A stretch of DNA of 64,000 bases, from positions 37,852 through 101,851 of IMG/VR virus record IMGVR_UViG_3300028887_000090, one strand, 5' to 3'. This DNA comes from a virus. Taxonomy: Duplodnaviria > Caudoviricetes. Position numbers and translations under genes: made by a program. The notes under the pieces were generated by a model, which worked only from the letters and a program-made list of their open reading frames with translations, did no database searches and was not told where the DNA came from. Every line of letters begins with the position of its first letter. Position 1 is the first letter of the stretch. Positions 26,724 to 37,256 of this stretch are shown piece after piece.

Positions 26724-27275
26724 ATGGCAAATATTAATTGTCCTGAGCTGGCCGACTACCTGAATGAAGAGAACTGCCTCGAAAACATCGGTGGTACATC
26801 GGCTGTAGCATATTACTTCGTGAAGGGCGACCTCGCTGCTCCTATGACTCTTAGCGGTTGCATCTACTCTACTCCTACCTTCAAGAGCGGTAAGGGCTTG
26901 TATAAGTTCGACCTGAAGGATGAGACACAGCAGATCAAGGGCGAGAGCCAGGGTAACAACGGTGGTTTCAACCTCACCTACAATGCTACCATTGAGAGCG
27001 TCAACAAACGTATCGCTGAGTTGAGCCGTGCATTGAACAACCTCGACATCTGTATCATCGTTCCTGATGGTCAGACTGGCGACATGCAAATTATGTACGA
27101 TCCCAACCATCGCGTGAAGGTGGAGCAGGGCGGTATCTCATCCGACACGGGCGCTGCTACCTCTGACGACCGCCAGACCACACTGGAGTTCCACCTGAAC
27201 GGTGTTCTGTATCAGAACCTGTACGTGACCGCTCCAGCAGACGGCTGGGATTCACTGCTGGTTTCTGCACAGTAA
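26724..27275 (+). CDS. Probable major tail (tube) protein
   Basis: C.ENIGG start and TGAATSDDRQTTL motif, typical of Bacteroidota siphophage tube proteins; follows the capsid gene. Confidence 0.6.
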   Translation: MANINCPELADYLNEENCLENIGGTSAVAYYFVKGDLAAPMTLSGCIYSTPTFKSGKGLYKFDLKDETQQIKGESQGNNGGFNLTYNATIESVNKRIAELSRALNNLDICIIVPDGQTGDMQIMYDPNHRVKVEQGGISSDTGAATSDDRQTTLEFHLNGVLYQNLYVTAPADGWDSLLVSAQ

Positions 27276-27300
27276 GCGCGTTTCGTTTACAATCATAAGG

Positions 27301-27335
27301 CCCGCACCGAGGACTATCCCCGATGCGGGTTTTTT
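27301..27335 (+). terminator. Rho-independent terminator
   Basis: cccgca...tgcggg stem followed by a T run. Confidence 0.7.
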
Positions 27336-27348
27336 CTATCCCCGATTT

Positions 27349-27384
27349 TTGTCACGTACTTCCCCGATAGGTTTCCTACCTTTG
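27349..27384 (+). promoter_or_regulatory. Phage promoter TTGTCAC-N21-TACCTTTG
   Basis: Motif copy. Confidence 0.7.
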
Positions 27385-27423
27385 CTTACGTGAATTTGAA
27401 TATCGAACATCGAAAGTAAAAGT

Positions 27424-28575
27424 ATGGAAAAAAAATTATTCAATCAGATGTCGCAGCAGGAGCGTACTTCCTGGCTGTCCGACTTTCAGCAATGGTATGC
27501 CGCCACTCTGCCGCAGATTGAGAAGAAGGGCGTGACCGGCGAACTGTTTGCGGAGTTTGAGCGCGGCCTTCACATGATGGAGCCGTTTGCCTACTGCCGT
27601 GCGTTCGTACAGGAATCTCTCAGGTTTAAGGATTATGGAGCCCGTTGTAAATTGCTCCGTCGCTATGCCGATAAGGTGGCCACGGAGGTACAGGGTATGA
27701 TAGGTATGATGAAAACCGTGGATCTTAACGACCCCAATCTTCTGACTCCCCATGTGGGCCGTCCTACGAAGGATGAACAGGCTGCCCGTCAGTTGCAGGC
27801 TGAGAAGGAGCGCCAGGAACAGGAGGAAAAGGAAGAGACGCTGTTTGGTAAAAAGAGTGATATCCCCGTTGTAGAGACACCCGACACGGAATCGGTCTCT
27901 GGCTCGATGGGTGGTGGCACGCTGCTTCGCCTGGATGAAATCAAGTGGTTGCTCTCCCCTGCCCTTCAGGAGGCCGTAGAGACTGTGCGTGATTTGCGTC
28001 AGAAGGAATCCGACTGTGCGGCAACGGCAAAGGCGCTTGCTCTGGCTGGTAAGCCGGAGGAAGAGGTGGCACCTTATTCTGAAGATGCCGTGACGTATAA
28101 GCAGCAGTACGAGAGTATCTATGAACATGTGGATAGCGAACTGGCTCATGTCTATGTACGTCTGAAGGAAGATACCACCTATATCGCGAAGATCCAGGCA
28201 GCGAAGGCCGACCCGCAGGAGTGGCGTAGCAAGCTCCGTGTGTATTGGGATAAGTTTGATGACCAGCAGAAGGCTACCATCAAACAGCAGGTCATCGACG
28301 ACATCAAGCGTAACGACCCTGAGCAGGCAAAGATCCGCGAGGCCGAGGAAAAGAAGAAGAAGGAAATCGCCGACCTCATTAAGTATCTCACCCGTAAGGA
28401 TAAGCTCAACACCCCTCGCCGTGTAAAGACGATGGAGGAGCGTTATCAGCAGCTGGTGGAACTGGCTGGTGAGGAAGAGGCAAAGCACTACTATCCCGTT
28501 TTGGAAGCAGCCCGTAAGGATGCGGAAAATTATACTATTAATAACAAAAAATCAAAGAAAAATGAAGAAGAGTAA
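27424..28575 (+). CDS. Hypothetical coiled-coil protein
   Basis: 383-aa ORF. Confidence 0.75.
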   Translation: MEKKLFNQMSQQERTSWLSDFQQWYAATLPQIEKKGVTGELFAEFERGLHMMEPFAYCRAFVQESLRFKDYGARCKLLRRYADKVATEVQGMIGMMKTVDLNDPNLLTPHVGRPTKDEQAARQLQAEKERQEQEEKEETLFGKKSDIPVVETPDTESVSGSMGGGTLLRLDEIKWLLSPALQEAVETVRDLRQKESDCAATAKALALAGKPEEEVAPYSEDAVTYKQQYESIYEHVDSELAHVYVRLKEDTTYIAKIQAAKADPQEWRSKLRVYWDKFDDQQKATIKQQVIDDIKRNDPEQAKIREAEEKKKKEIADLIKYLTRKDKLNTPRRVKTMEERYQQLVELAGEEEAKHYYPVLEAARKDAENYTINNKKSKKNEEE

Positions 28576-28924
28576 AGTTATGACAGTACTCGGCGCTATG
28601 GCTGCCGGTGCTCTGGGTTTGGTATCATCACCATCGGGTCAGCAGTTGGCTGAACAGTCTATGCAGCAGGTCAAAGGCCAGCAAGTCACACAACAGGCTC
28701 CGCAGCGTTACCTCAATCAGCAGGGCCAGCAGGCACAGCGTGCTAATCCTGGTCAGACGGTGCAGCAGTATCTTCAGAATCCTACCATCCCTGGTGGCGG
28801 TGGTCTGCGTATCGCCGGTAACTACGGCATGTCGCCCAAGGAATATGGCGAGTACCTGATGCGCACAGGTAAGGATAAGCAGAATAAGCGCAAACGTAAG
28901 CATATTGCCAAAGGTATTGCGTAA
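28562..28924 (+). CDS. Small Gln-rich protein with signal-peptide-like N-terminus and basic C-terminus
   Basis: MKKSKVMTVLGAMAAGALGL; QQ-rich; ends KRKRKH. Confidence 0.6.
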   Translation: MKKSKVMTVLGAMAAGALGLVSSPSGQQLAEQSMQQVKGQQVTQQAPQRYLNQQGQQAQRANPGQTVQQYLQNPTIPGGGGLRIAGNYGMSPKEYGEYLMRTGKDKQNKRKRKHIAKGIA

Positions 28925-29652
28925 TGTCGAAGCCCTCAGAGAAATACTTTGATAAGGTCGAACGTTGGCTGTTAGGTGGCATTTCCATCGAAAAGATGGT
29001 GATGTCGCCCGACCAGCGTTTCCGTGCCATGCTCGCCTATGAGGTCTATCAGCGATGGCTTCAGGATAAGCAACTCCGTGCCTCTGATGTGCTCCGTAAC
29101 ATTGCAGCCCGTGAGTACCCTATCTTACTCCGTCGTGCTGCCGAGGGTGACGCAAAGGCCCAGGAGTATGTAGATGCCATGAATGTGCGCCCTGGCATTC
29201 CGCGTACACCGACCGAGATTAGCAATGACCTCGCACTCTTCAATCATATCATCGGACGCTTTGAGGTGCCGATGGATAACATCGAACGTGCGAAGGTGCA
29301 GGATGCCTCAGACTGGCTAATCCGCGAGGGCATGAAAATGGGCGACCCCAGAAGTGTGAAGTCAGGTGCAGACCTGAAGATGGATCTCTACAACGGCTTC
29401 AAGGAAAAGGATGATGCGGAGGAGCAGATGCCTGACTCGGATATTGTGCTGACGCATGATGTCTCTGTCGTGAAACGTGACCGTGTGAACTACACTGACG
29501 AAGAGCGTAAGAAACTGGCCCGTCGCTATGGTCTGACCGACAAACAGGTGATTGACATGATTCAGAACAGCGACGGCACCTGGGAAATGCCCGACGAAGA
29601 AGGTGATAAGGAACCAGAAAAGGATGTGTTTGACGAAGATCCATTGCCATGA
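28924..29652 (+). CDS. Candidate terminase small subunit
   Basis: Helical protein directly upstream of, and overlapping, the large terminase gene. Confidence 0.45.
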   Translation: MSKPSEKYFDKVERWLLGGISIEKMVMSPDQRFRAMLAYEVYQRWLQDKQLRASDVLRNIAAREYPILLRRAAEGDAKAQEYVDAMNVRPGIPRTPTEISNDLALFNHIIGRFEVPMDNIERAKVQDASDWLIREGMKMGDPRSVKSGADLKMDLYNGFKEKDDAEEQMPDSDIVLTHDVSVVKRDRVNYTDEERKKLARRYGLTDKQVIDMIQNSDGTWEMPDEEGDKEPEKDVFDEDPLP

Positions 29653-31631
29653 GGAAGGTCTATTTAAATTATAAGCAATACCTTATATATTTAATGAACG
29701 TGCGCGACGGACGCTTACTTGGTGCCCGTCGTTTCGGTAAGACTGATGGCACGTTAGGCCCTCGCATCTATCGGGTGTCGAAGTCTATGCCCCGTGCTAC
29801 GAACATCTGGCTTGGTAACTCGCGCAAGCAGCTATACACCCGTACCGTGCCAGGTACGATAGCAGCTATTGAGCGTTTCTTCGGACTGAAGGAGGGCCGT
29901 CATTTCGGATGGGGCAAACCGCCTCGTTGGGTGAAGTCGCCGATCATTAAGCCAAAGACCTGGGATAACTGCATTTGGTTTGCCAATGGTACACTTTGGC
30001 AACTCATTTCACTCGCCGTCACCGGATCTGCCAACTCTATTACAGCCAATTCCATTGTGGCTGATGAGTGTAAGTTCATGTCGAAATCGAAACTCGATGG
30101 TGAGGTTATGCCTGCCCTGTCGGGTATTGTTGACCCCTACGGCAATCTGGGCTACACCGAGGATAACCCGATGTTCAAGAGCACCTTCTTTGCCTCTGAT
30201 GCCTCATTGACCAGCAAGGGCAACTGGCTCGAAAAGGAGGAGGATAAGCTCGACGCACATCCGGACACAGGCCCGTTGGTGGATAAGACCTATCGTGAAA
30301 TCCAGGATGAATTGCAGGCGTATGCCGAGCGCGTCATCTACTACAATGATCTGATGGATGCAGCCGAGAAAGATAAGTGTGTGCCTATCGTACAGCGTCC
30401 GGAGGATATCGAGGCAATCCGCATCAAGGCAGAAGCCATGATGAACCACGAAGGGCCGTTTAAGATTCTTCCTAACTACGGCAAGCGCATTAACAAAGCG
30501 ATGCTCGACATGGCCGTAAACTACAAACTCATCACGCCTGAAGAAGCGGAATTGATTTTCTGTCATAAGTATCTCATTACCCCAGAACAGGACTTCGACA
30601 TGCAGATGATTAATCAGTCGAAGTCGTATGCTAAGAAGATCCGTGAGTTACAGTGCAATGCCTTTGCCTTTTGGCGTGTCTCTACCCTCGACAACCTTGA
30701 TATTGTTGGCGAGTCGTACATAGCTCGCATGGCGCGTGACCTGCCGCCGGTCGTCTTTGCCATATCTATTCTGAATAAGAAGGTGGCTAAGAGTAACGAC
30801 GGCTTTTATTCAAACCTCGATATTGAAAACATTCACGGCTATATTCCTGATGACTGTCCGGCTATCGACAACTCGTTTACCAAGCGCATGGCGACGGGCA
30901 TCGTGGGTGGTACGATGGAGCAAGAGGAATACGAGACACCTAACTTTGGCGACCTCCAGACCATTAAGGATTGTACGCTCGATGGTGACGTAGTGGATGC
31001 TGCCCCTCTGTATATCAGCATGGACTATAACGCCAATATCAACTGGGTTGTTACGGGCCAACTCTATAAGCGCGACAATCAGGAATGCCTCAATGTACTT
31101 TCCTCTATGTATGTCAAACATGAGCGCAAACTGCGTGAATTGATGGCCGACTGGAACCACTACTATAAGCCTAAGATGTCGAAGTGTAAGGAGGTGGTGT
31201 ATTTCTACGATGCGACGGCAAAGTTCAAGGGCTATGCCATCGAGGGCATGGAGGACTTTAAGGATGTGGTGATAAATGAATTGACCCGTTATGGTTGGAA
31301 TGTACGACCTGTGGATATGGGCTCGCCGTTGGGCCACGAAAAAAAGTATGCCGATATCAATGAGTCGCTGGCTGGCGTGAGTTATCCCGCCATCCGTATT
31401 AACCGCGAGAATAACGAGGCGCTGATAGTGGCCATGCAGACAGCAGAGGTGGAAATAGGCTATAAGGGTTTCCGCAAACGTAAGAGTGGTGAGAAGCTGT
31501 CCGAGGATGCTGACGATGCAGTACGACTGGAATACCGTACCGACGGCACCGATGCTTTCGACTCGCTTTATATCGGCTGTCGCTATCATCTTACAGCCAT
31601 GTCGGGTATGTGTCTGCCTATTCCTGGCTAA
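29649..31631 (+). CDS. terL: Terminase large subunit
   Basis: Walker A GARRFGKT, Walker B IVADE, nuclease acidic motifs SMDYN and TDAFD. Confidence 0.8.
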   Translation: MRKVYLNYKQYLIYLMNVRDGRLLGARRFGKTDGTLGPRIYRVSKSMPRATNIWLGNSRKQLYTRTVPGTIAAIERFFGLKEGRHFGWGKPPRWVKSPIIKPKTWDNCIWFANGTLWQLISLAVTGSANSITANSIVADECKFMSKSKLDGEVMPALSGIVDPYGNLGYTEDNPMFKSTFFASDASLTSKGNWLEKEEDKLDAHPDTGPLVDKTYREIQDELQAYAERVIYYNDLMDAAEKDKCVPIVQRPEDIEAIRIKAEAMMNHEGPFKILPNYGKRINKAMLDMAVNYKLITPEEAELIFCHKYLITPEQDFDMQMINQSKSYAKKIRELQCNAFAFWRVSTLDNLDIVGESYIARMARDLPPVVFAISILNKKVAKSNDGFYSNLDIENIHGYIPDDCPAIDNSFTKRMATGIVGGTMEQEEYETPNFGDLQTIKDCTLDGDVVDAAPLYISMDYNANINWVVTGQLYKRDNQECLNVLSSMYVKHERKLRELMADWNHYYKPKMSKCKEVVYFYDATAKFKGYAIEGMEDFKDVVINELTRYGWNVRPVDMGSPLGHEKKYADINESLAGVSYPAIRINRENNEALIVAMQTAEVEIGYKGFRKRKSGEKLSEDADDAVRLEYRTDGTDAFDSLYIGCRYHLTAMSGMCLPIPG

Positions 31632-31656
31632 TTATTTCCGTACCCCGATAATCAGT

Positions 31657-31692
31657 TTGTCACGTAGTCGAAGAAGGTATTTGCTAACTTTG
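31657..31692 (+). promoter_or_regulatory. Phage promoter TTGTCAC-N21-TAACTTTG
   Basis: Motif copy. Confidence 0.7.
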
Positions 31693-31719
31693 CTTGCAGA
31701 AATTTTAAAACGGAAAGAT

Positions 31720-32355
31720 ATGACAAGTCTTGATTTCTCTTACGATTATCCCAGCTTCGTCTCGACGGTGTTCGAAGGCGACAGCAAAGTGAGTATGGCC
31801 TTCGACCGTGAGGCTCTGAATTTGGTTCATGTAGATACCCGTGCGGATGAGAACGATGTTTGGCGCAAACTGCGTTCTTTCACCATTGGTACTAAGAACG
31901 AGTTTTCTCTGACTGGCTCTGCCAGTGGTCAGCAGTATCGCCTACGTTGTGATGCGCGTCCCGTGTCGTGCGACATAGAGCCTATCAAGGGTAGCGGTGG
32001 TGGTGGCTCTGACATCACACCAGGCGTACCCATTCCAAAGGACACCGTGAATAGCGATTCTATTCAGGATGGCAGTATCAAGCGCGAAGATCTTTCTGAG
32101 GAAGTCCTGGCTGGTCTTGACGAAATGAATAACATCGGACTGACCGAACAGGATATTGAGGATATCTTCTTCCCTGATGGTGATGCTCCTGATACGGGCG
32201 ATGACGACGCTGAAGGTGGTGATGACAATCAGAACCAAAACGCCGAAACGCCTGAGAACCCTGAGACACCGGAAAATCCTGAGACCCCAGAGACCCCAGA
32301 GAATCCAGAAACTCCTGAGACACCGGAAACACCCGAAAGTCCGGAGGAACCCTAA
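31720..32355 (+). CDS. Hypothetical virion protein with PEN/PET tandem-repeat tail
   Basis: SDSIQDGSIKREDL motif; 9-nt repeats at about 32244-32352. Confidence 0.65.
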   Translation: MTSLDFSYDYPSFVSTVFEGDSKVSMAFDREALNLVHVDTRADENDVWRKLRSFTIGTKNEFSLTGSASGQQYRLRCDARPVSCDIEPIKGSGGGGSDITPGVPIPKDTVNSDSIQDGSIKREDLSEEVLAGLDEMNNIGLTEQDIEDIFFPDGDAPDTGDDDAEGGDDNQNQNAETPENPETPENPETPETPENPETPETPETPESPEEP

Positions 32356-32425
32356 CAAGTCTGAAACGGTGCTTGCACCATCAGAATAGTTCACATTTTT
32401 ATTAACCCCAAATTTTTCAAGCATT

Positions 32426-33244
32426 ATGGCAAAGAAAAAGTTATCTGAACTTGAGTTGATTCTCAAGAAACTTGGTTTTGTAGCCAAGACGTACACGGAT
32501 GAGCAGGTTGCTGCTAACGCCGTTCACATCATCGAGCAGGGCACTGCCGAGACGGGCTATCTGAAAACTTACATCTTCGCAAAGGGTGTAACGTTGGAGT
32601 CTGAGGTTACTCAGGACAACCTGATCGGTAAGGTCAACATCCCGAAGGACTTCCTGGTAACAGCTGTGAAGCGCGTGACCGTCGAAGCCGGTACTGGTGC
32701 CCTTGAAGGCAAGTGGGTGATCGTATCTGAGAACGGTACTGCCGTTACTCCATACGAGGCTCCTTCTTCTATCAACGCTGCTGGTATCTGGGCTCTGTTC
32801 ACCATCAACGTGAAGAGCGGTTCTGCAACCGACGAGTACCTGAGCGTGAACCTGAGCGAGCTCATCGACGTTTACACCGGTGGTAATGGTATCAACGTTT
32901 CCAACAACGTTATCACCATCGACCTCGACGCTAACGGCGGTCTGGAGTTCACTGGTTCTACCGATGGCGCTAAGAAGCTGGCCATCAAGATCGACAGCAG
33001 CAATGCTAACGGTCTGGCTCTGACCTCTGCTGGTCTGAAGCTCGCTCTGGCTACTCCTTCTACCGCTGGTGTCGGTGGTACTAACGGTGCTATGTCCGCT
33101 CAGGACAAGGAGAACCTGAACAAGCTGAACATCGCTCTCTGCTCTGACGCTGAGATCGCCAGCTGGTTCGGTTACGCTTCTAACAGCACTATGGTTACTA
33201 CCACTCTGCCTGCTGTAAGTGACGACTCCATCGAGGACGAGTAA
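32426..33244 (+). CDS. Probable virion/fibre protein
   Basis: VNIPKDFLV, VYTGGNGINV, NGAMSAQDKENL motifs typical of phage fibre or decoration proteins; strong codon bias. Confidence 0.6.
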   Translation: MAKKKLSELELILKKLGFVAKTYTDEQVAANAVHIIEQGTAETGYLKTYIFAKGVTLESEVTQDNLIGKVNIPKDFLVTAVKRVTVEAGTGALEGKWVIVSENGTAVTPYEAPSSINAAGIWALFTINVKSGSATDEYLSVNLSELIDVYTGGNGINVSNNVITIDLDANGGLEFTGSTDGAKKLAIKIDSSNANGLALTSAGLKLALATPSTAGVGGTNGAMSAQDKENLNKLNIALCSDAEIASWFGYASNSTMVTTTLPAVSDDSIEDE

Positions 33245-33342
33245 TCCGTGATGAATGACTGACGGTGGCGAGGGTGTTCCTTGTTATCCTGGCACCCTCG
33301 CCCACCGAAAGTCGTTTGCTGTAATGCGAAAAGAAAGAAACT

Positions 33343-33609
33343 ATGGCAAAGAAGAAATTAAGTCCACTTGGTCTGTTGCTGAAGAAGATGTCAGTACTGG
33401 CCGTGGCCAAGTTCGCTACTAATGTCGCACATGCAGCATTGAGCGACCGCGTGACCCAACTGGAGGCCGACGACGGTAGCTTCATGCTGTCTGTTGACTA
33501 TGATACCGGCATGCTCGTGCAGACCGGCTCTGTTAATGGTACATTCGGTGTGGATTACGAGACAGGTTACTTGACCTTCACGCCCGCACCTGCAAGTGGA
33601 AACTCTTAA
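33343..33609 (+). CDS. Small virion-associated protein
   Basis: Shares the MAKKKLS N-terminus with the upstream gene; duplicated VDY(D/E)TG motif. Confidence 0.6.
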   Translation: MAKKKLSPLGLLLKKMSVLAVAKFATNVAHAALSDRVTQLEADDGSFMLSVDYDTGMLVQTGSVNGTFGVDYETGYLTFTPAPASGNS

Positions 33610-33621
33610 AATGATAATGAT

Positions 33622-33990
33622 ATGCCTTTAAACATCGCAAGAATCTTACAGAAAAGCAAGGGTGCCTACAGTGCTTCCCAGCAGTATGATATCCTTGATA
33701 TCGTACAGCAGGGCGCGGCCCTCTATGAGTCGAAGAAACCGAATAATATCGGTCATGCGGTTACTGATACGGAATGGTGGAACCTTCACTATGACCTCTC
33801 CGAGGCCATCGCTGCCGCTACCAGTGTCAATATGCCTACGACGGAGGATCCGACGCTGATTCGTCGTATCATGTGTATTGGTACTGACGGACAGCCGCAC
33901 GCCATTACGCCGCTGACACTCATTAAGTATGTAATGGAAACGCTGGTTGACTACGATGTCATCGCACGTCCGAAACCTTCTAACAGTTAG
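33622..33990 (+). CDS. Hypothetical protein
   Basis: KGAYSASQQY..LDIV...YES...NNIGH..TDTEWW, resembling small carbohydrate-binding modules of tail proteins. Confidence 0.6.
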   Translation: MPLNIARILQKSKGAYSASQQYDILDIVQQGAALYESKKPNNIGHAVTDTEWWNLHYDLSEAIAAATSVNMPTTEDPTLIRRIMCIGTDGQPHAITPLTLIKYVMETLVDYDVIARPKPSNS

Positions 33991-34000
33991 TAGCTAAGGT

Positions 34001-35194
34001 ATGAAAAGGCTCAATAACTCCCAACCGTTGTCGGTGACGATGACCTATCGCCCCTTGACTACTGTGCTTCGCATAGAGCCATTGGGTAATCTGTCAACGA
34101 CGCAGTTCTACAGTCAGGCAGCGCTGGAGTGGTTTCCGGATCATACCAAGACTCCTGTGTTCGATGAGAACGGTCATCAGACGGACGGGACATTGCGCCT
34201 GCATGCCAACTACTTCATCCAGGATGAAGATGGTCTGATTGATATGGCCGACCTCTCTCCGCAGGTGTTCTGGTATATTGATGATGCCGAAAGCGGACAG
34301 GTTACAGATACCGACCCGACGAAGGATTTCTATATCGTTGGCCGTGATCTCTACGTTCGTAAGAACTTTACTCACCTGGCAGGCGCGAAGGTCTATTGTG
34401 AGGTACGTGTTACCGACCCCCGAAACTCACAGCCGATAGTCCTCTCTGATACGTTGCAGCTCAATGCCGTACTGAAGGCGAAGGAACAGTATGCTATATC
34501 GCTCCTGTGCGATAAGACGCTGAAGCACTATCCGCTTCATGCTGCCTCGCCCATCTACGATATAGAGGCTGAATGCCGCAAGGGTGCCATTCTTTATGAC
34601 GACCGTGTGGCGTGGTTCTGGGATTATTCCGACAATATGGGCCAGACGTGGAAAACCATCGATGCCTCGTGCCTCTGGTATGTCAGCGGTAAGAATACCA
34701 AGAAACTGAGAGTTGACATGGATTATATCGAGTCGCTGATGGTTCGCTGTCGCATCGGTGTGACCAACGGAGCTCAGACTGCTGCTCCTGATGTCAACAA
34801 TGAGGCTACGGCAAGCATCGCATGGCGATGGCCCAAGCTCAATGCACAGGTGTTCTCCTATGGAGGCGACCGCATCTTTGCTGAGAATGCCAGCATGCGT
34901 TTCGGTCTGATCGTACATTGTCAGAAGCACAATGACCTGACAACAGCGGAAAAGAAGCACTGGCTTTTGACCTCATGGGTCATCCGCAAGCAGGGCAGCA
35001 GTGCTTCTCCGGTGTTTCTTAACAAGCATGACCTGGAAGTGGATGTGCCACAGTCATATCTCTTCGGTCAGAATCTCGAAAAGTTCATCCTCGACCCTAA
35101 CCTGGGTATGCGGGGTGTCTATGACATCGTAGGTCTTTCTGGTGGTGATGAGATAGAACTCTCTTTCGGACAGACCTTCGCAATACGCTCTTAA
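34001..35194 (+). CDS. Probable tail/fibre-associated protein
   Basis: 397-aa beta-rich ORF upstream of the DGR target. Confidence 0.65.
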   Translation: MKRLNNSQPLSVTMTYRPLTTVLRIEPLGNLSTTQFYSQAALEWFPDHTKTPVFDENGHQTDGTLRLHANYFIQDEDGLIDMADLSPQVFWYIDDAESGQVTDTDPTKDFYIVGRDLYVRKNFTHLAGAKVYCEVRVTDPRNSQPIVLSDTLQLNAVLKAKEQYAISLLCDKTLKHYPLHAASPIYDIEAECRKGAILYDDRVAWFWDYSDNMGQTWKTIDASCLWYVSGKNTKKLRVDMDYIESLMVRCRIGVTNGAQTAAPDVNNEATASIAWRWPKLNAQVFSYGGDRIFAENASMRFGLIVHCQKHNDLTTAEKKHWLLTSWVIRKQGSSASPVFLNKHDLEVDVPQSYLFGQNLEKFILDPNLGMRGVYDIVGLSGGDEIELSFGQTFAIRS

Positions 35195-35221
35195 AAATAA
35201 CTCTTTAATACATTATTTATT

Positions 35222-36496
35222 ATGATTAAATCAAAGACAACTCTCGCTTCTGGTGAAGGAATCTCGAAGGTTCTTACTATCACCAATCAGAACAATGTCT
35301 ATGAGGCAACGCCCTCAGAAGTCATGGAGGGTGCTACTCCTGCTCCAGCAGTAGGTGCCATTGCTACGCAGTACACCTTGGAGGAGTCCAGTAGCCCTGC
35401 TATCAATCTCTCTAATCGTGGTGCCGCTGAACTTTACCAGGCTCAGATGGGTGGTTACATGCTTTTAATTAAGAATGGTAAGGTCTATGCTGCCAAGCTC
35501 AATGGTTCAAATTGGGATCGTTTTGCTGATGGTACGCCAGTTACTAACCCTGAACTCTTCGAGTGTATGGTAAAGGTTCCTGACTGCCATTTCAAGGGTC
35601 AGGGTAAGCACATGGATTTCGGTGGCCTTACTCCTATCGATGGTGGTAAGACGTTCGGATCTCCTCATTGGGTAGGTGCCTATCTGATGGGCTATCCTGC
35701 CAATGGTAGCAATGGCACGAACGACTGGCACTCTCGCCCTGGTTACAAGCCCGCTCACAGTAAGACAATGCAGGCCTTCTGGGATCGCGTGCAGGCTAAC
35801 CTCGGTTCGGAATGGGGCCTTGCTAACTATGGTTTCTTCTGCCTGATCAATGCCCTTTACCAGGCTCGCTATGGCAATCTCAATTCACAGGCTACTATCG
35901 GTGCCGGTTTCCAGCATTCGAATTGGGAGGCATGTCGTGACGTGCCTACTGGCTTGCTGAAGCATCTGGGCGATGGTTCTGGTTCTGTGCTTTACAATGA
36001 CTCTACCCTGGGCGACCAGTACCCTGTGAAGCTCTTCGGCTTTGAGGATCTTTGGGGTAAGTTGTGGGAGTTCCGTCCTGGCATCCGCTTCTATATGGAC
36101 GGTCAGACTCGTAAGGCTGTTGTTTATAATGGTAACATCGTAAGCAACACCGTAAGCAATGGTGATGCCGCCTTCGACCATGAGTTTGAATGCCTCTCTG
36201 CTGCTTCTGGTAGTTACATTGTATCTATGCAATGTGGCGAGTTCTGGGATATGATTTGCCAGAGCGTTAGCGGTGGTAGTGCTACGACATACTACTGCGA
36301 CGGTTATTGGGCCGCTACGACAGGAGAGCTGCTGGTCGTGGGTGGTCCCGCCTCTTATGGCGCTCTCTGTGGGCTTTCGTACTCGGGCTCGGCTGACGCC
36401 TTCTCGCGCTCGTACGCGTCCCTCGGCGCTCGCCTGGCCTTCTACGGAGAACCGGAAATCGTCAGCGGCGCGGAGTTGGTGGCATTGGCCGCGTAG
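35222..36496 (+). CDS. DGR target protein (C-type-lectin-like fold, probable receptor-binding protein)
   Basis: C-terminal VR matching the TR; FGFEDLWGKLWEF and VGG...G...GL...S......GARLAF motifs. Confidence 0.88.
   Translation: MIKSKTTLASGEGISKVLTITNQNNVYEATPSEVMEGATPAPAVGAIATQYTLEESSSPAINLSNRGAAELYQAQMGGYMLLIKNGKVYAAKLNGSNWDRFADGTPVTNPELFECMVKVPDCHFKGQGKHMDFGGLTPIDGGKTFGSPHWVGAYLMGYPANGSNGTNDWHSRPGYKPAHSKTMQAFWDRVQANLGSEWGLANYGFFCLINALYQARYGNLNSQATIGAGFQHSNWEACRDVPTGLLKHLGDGSGSVLYNDSTLGDQYPVKLFGFEDLWGKLWEFRPGIRFYMDGQTRKAVVYNGNIVSNTVSNGDAAFDHEFECLSAASGSYIVSMQCGEFWDMICQSVSGGSATTYYCDGYWAATTGELLVVGGPASYGALCGLSYSGSADAFSRSYASLGARLAFYGEPEIVSGAELVALAA
36326..36444 (+). repeat. DGR variable repeat (VR)
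   Basis: 119-nt ungapped match to 36842-36960 with 24 mismatches, all at TR adenines. Confidence 0.95.
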
Positions 36497-36532
36497 CGGA
36501 CAATAGCCAGCCAACAGGCGTTTTCTCGTAAT

Positions 36533-36584
36533 GCACGGGGCTGCGTAGCAGCCTGAGCGGAATTAGGCGCGAAGCGCCCTGTGC
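36533..36584 (+). promoter_or_regulatory. GC-rich hairpins downstream of the VR (candidate DGR target-recognition element)
   Basis: ggctgc-gta-gcagcc (36539-36553) and ggcgc-gaa-gcgcc (36566-36578). Confidence 0.55.
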
Positions 36585-36841
36585 CTTTACTTACAATTGA
36601 ATTAAATAACTAATTAATAAAATCCAGAAGGGTAATCCGCAAGGAGCCTTTTAACGGAGAATAGATCTTTGACATGATGATGACAGCAACGAAGAAACCA
36701 TGACGGTTTTCCTGAATTGCACAAAGATATGCGTGTGTGGCCTGATAAGTGAGGTTCCTATCCTTCTACTACTTAGCAGGAATAAGTACACACGAAGTAT
36801 GGTGGTGGTGACATCTACCATGCGAAAGGCAATACAACGTG

Positions 36842-36960
36842 GAGCTGCTGAACGTGGGTGGTAACGCCAATAATGGCGCTCACTGTGGGCTTTCGAACTC
36901 GAACTCGAATAACGCCTTCTCGAACTCGAACACGAACATCGGCGCTCGCCTGAAATTCTA
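36842..36960 (+). ncRNA. DGR template repeat (TR)
   Basis: AAC/AAT-rich copy of the VR, lying between target gene and RT. Confidence 0.95.
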
Positions 36961-37256
36961 TACATGAAAGGGAGTCGTTGTATTCCTTTTTTCCAGAGCT
37001 TCGTTCCCCTTTACAATGGTTACGTGTTGACCGAGGTAAAGCTACGGAGCACACGTTTGCGCCTGTCTCGATGGAGGGATAAATCCCGACAGAGCGAATT
37101 AGGAGGCGTTGGGTATGAGCCGCAAGGCAACAGAGTCCCCTCACGCAAGTAAGCAATGCAGTTGTACGCATATACCGAACCCCTGAGAGCCGAGAAAGTG
37201 TAGAAGGCCGTTAGAGAAGGTCGTTGTAGTCAGATTTGTGTGGGCAAGCATATTGT

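Noticed and set aside
36651-37171. Small ORFs overlapping the TR and spacer (36651..36965 -, 36815..37171 -, 36964..37152 +) as an avd gene
   Set aside because: None resembles the helical Avd protein; they overlap the TR RNA region and look incidental.
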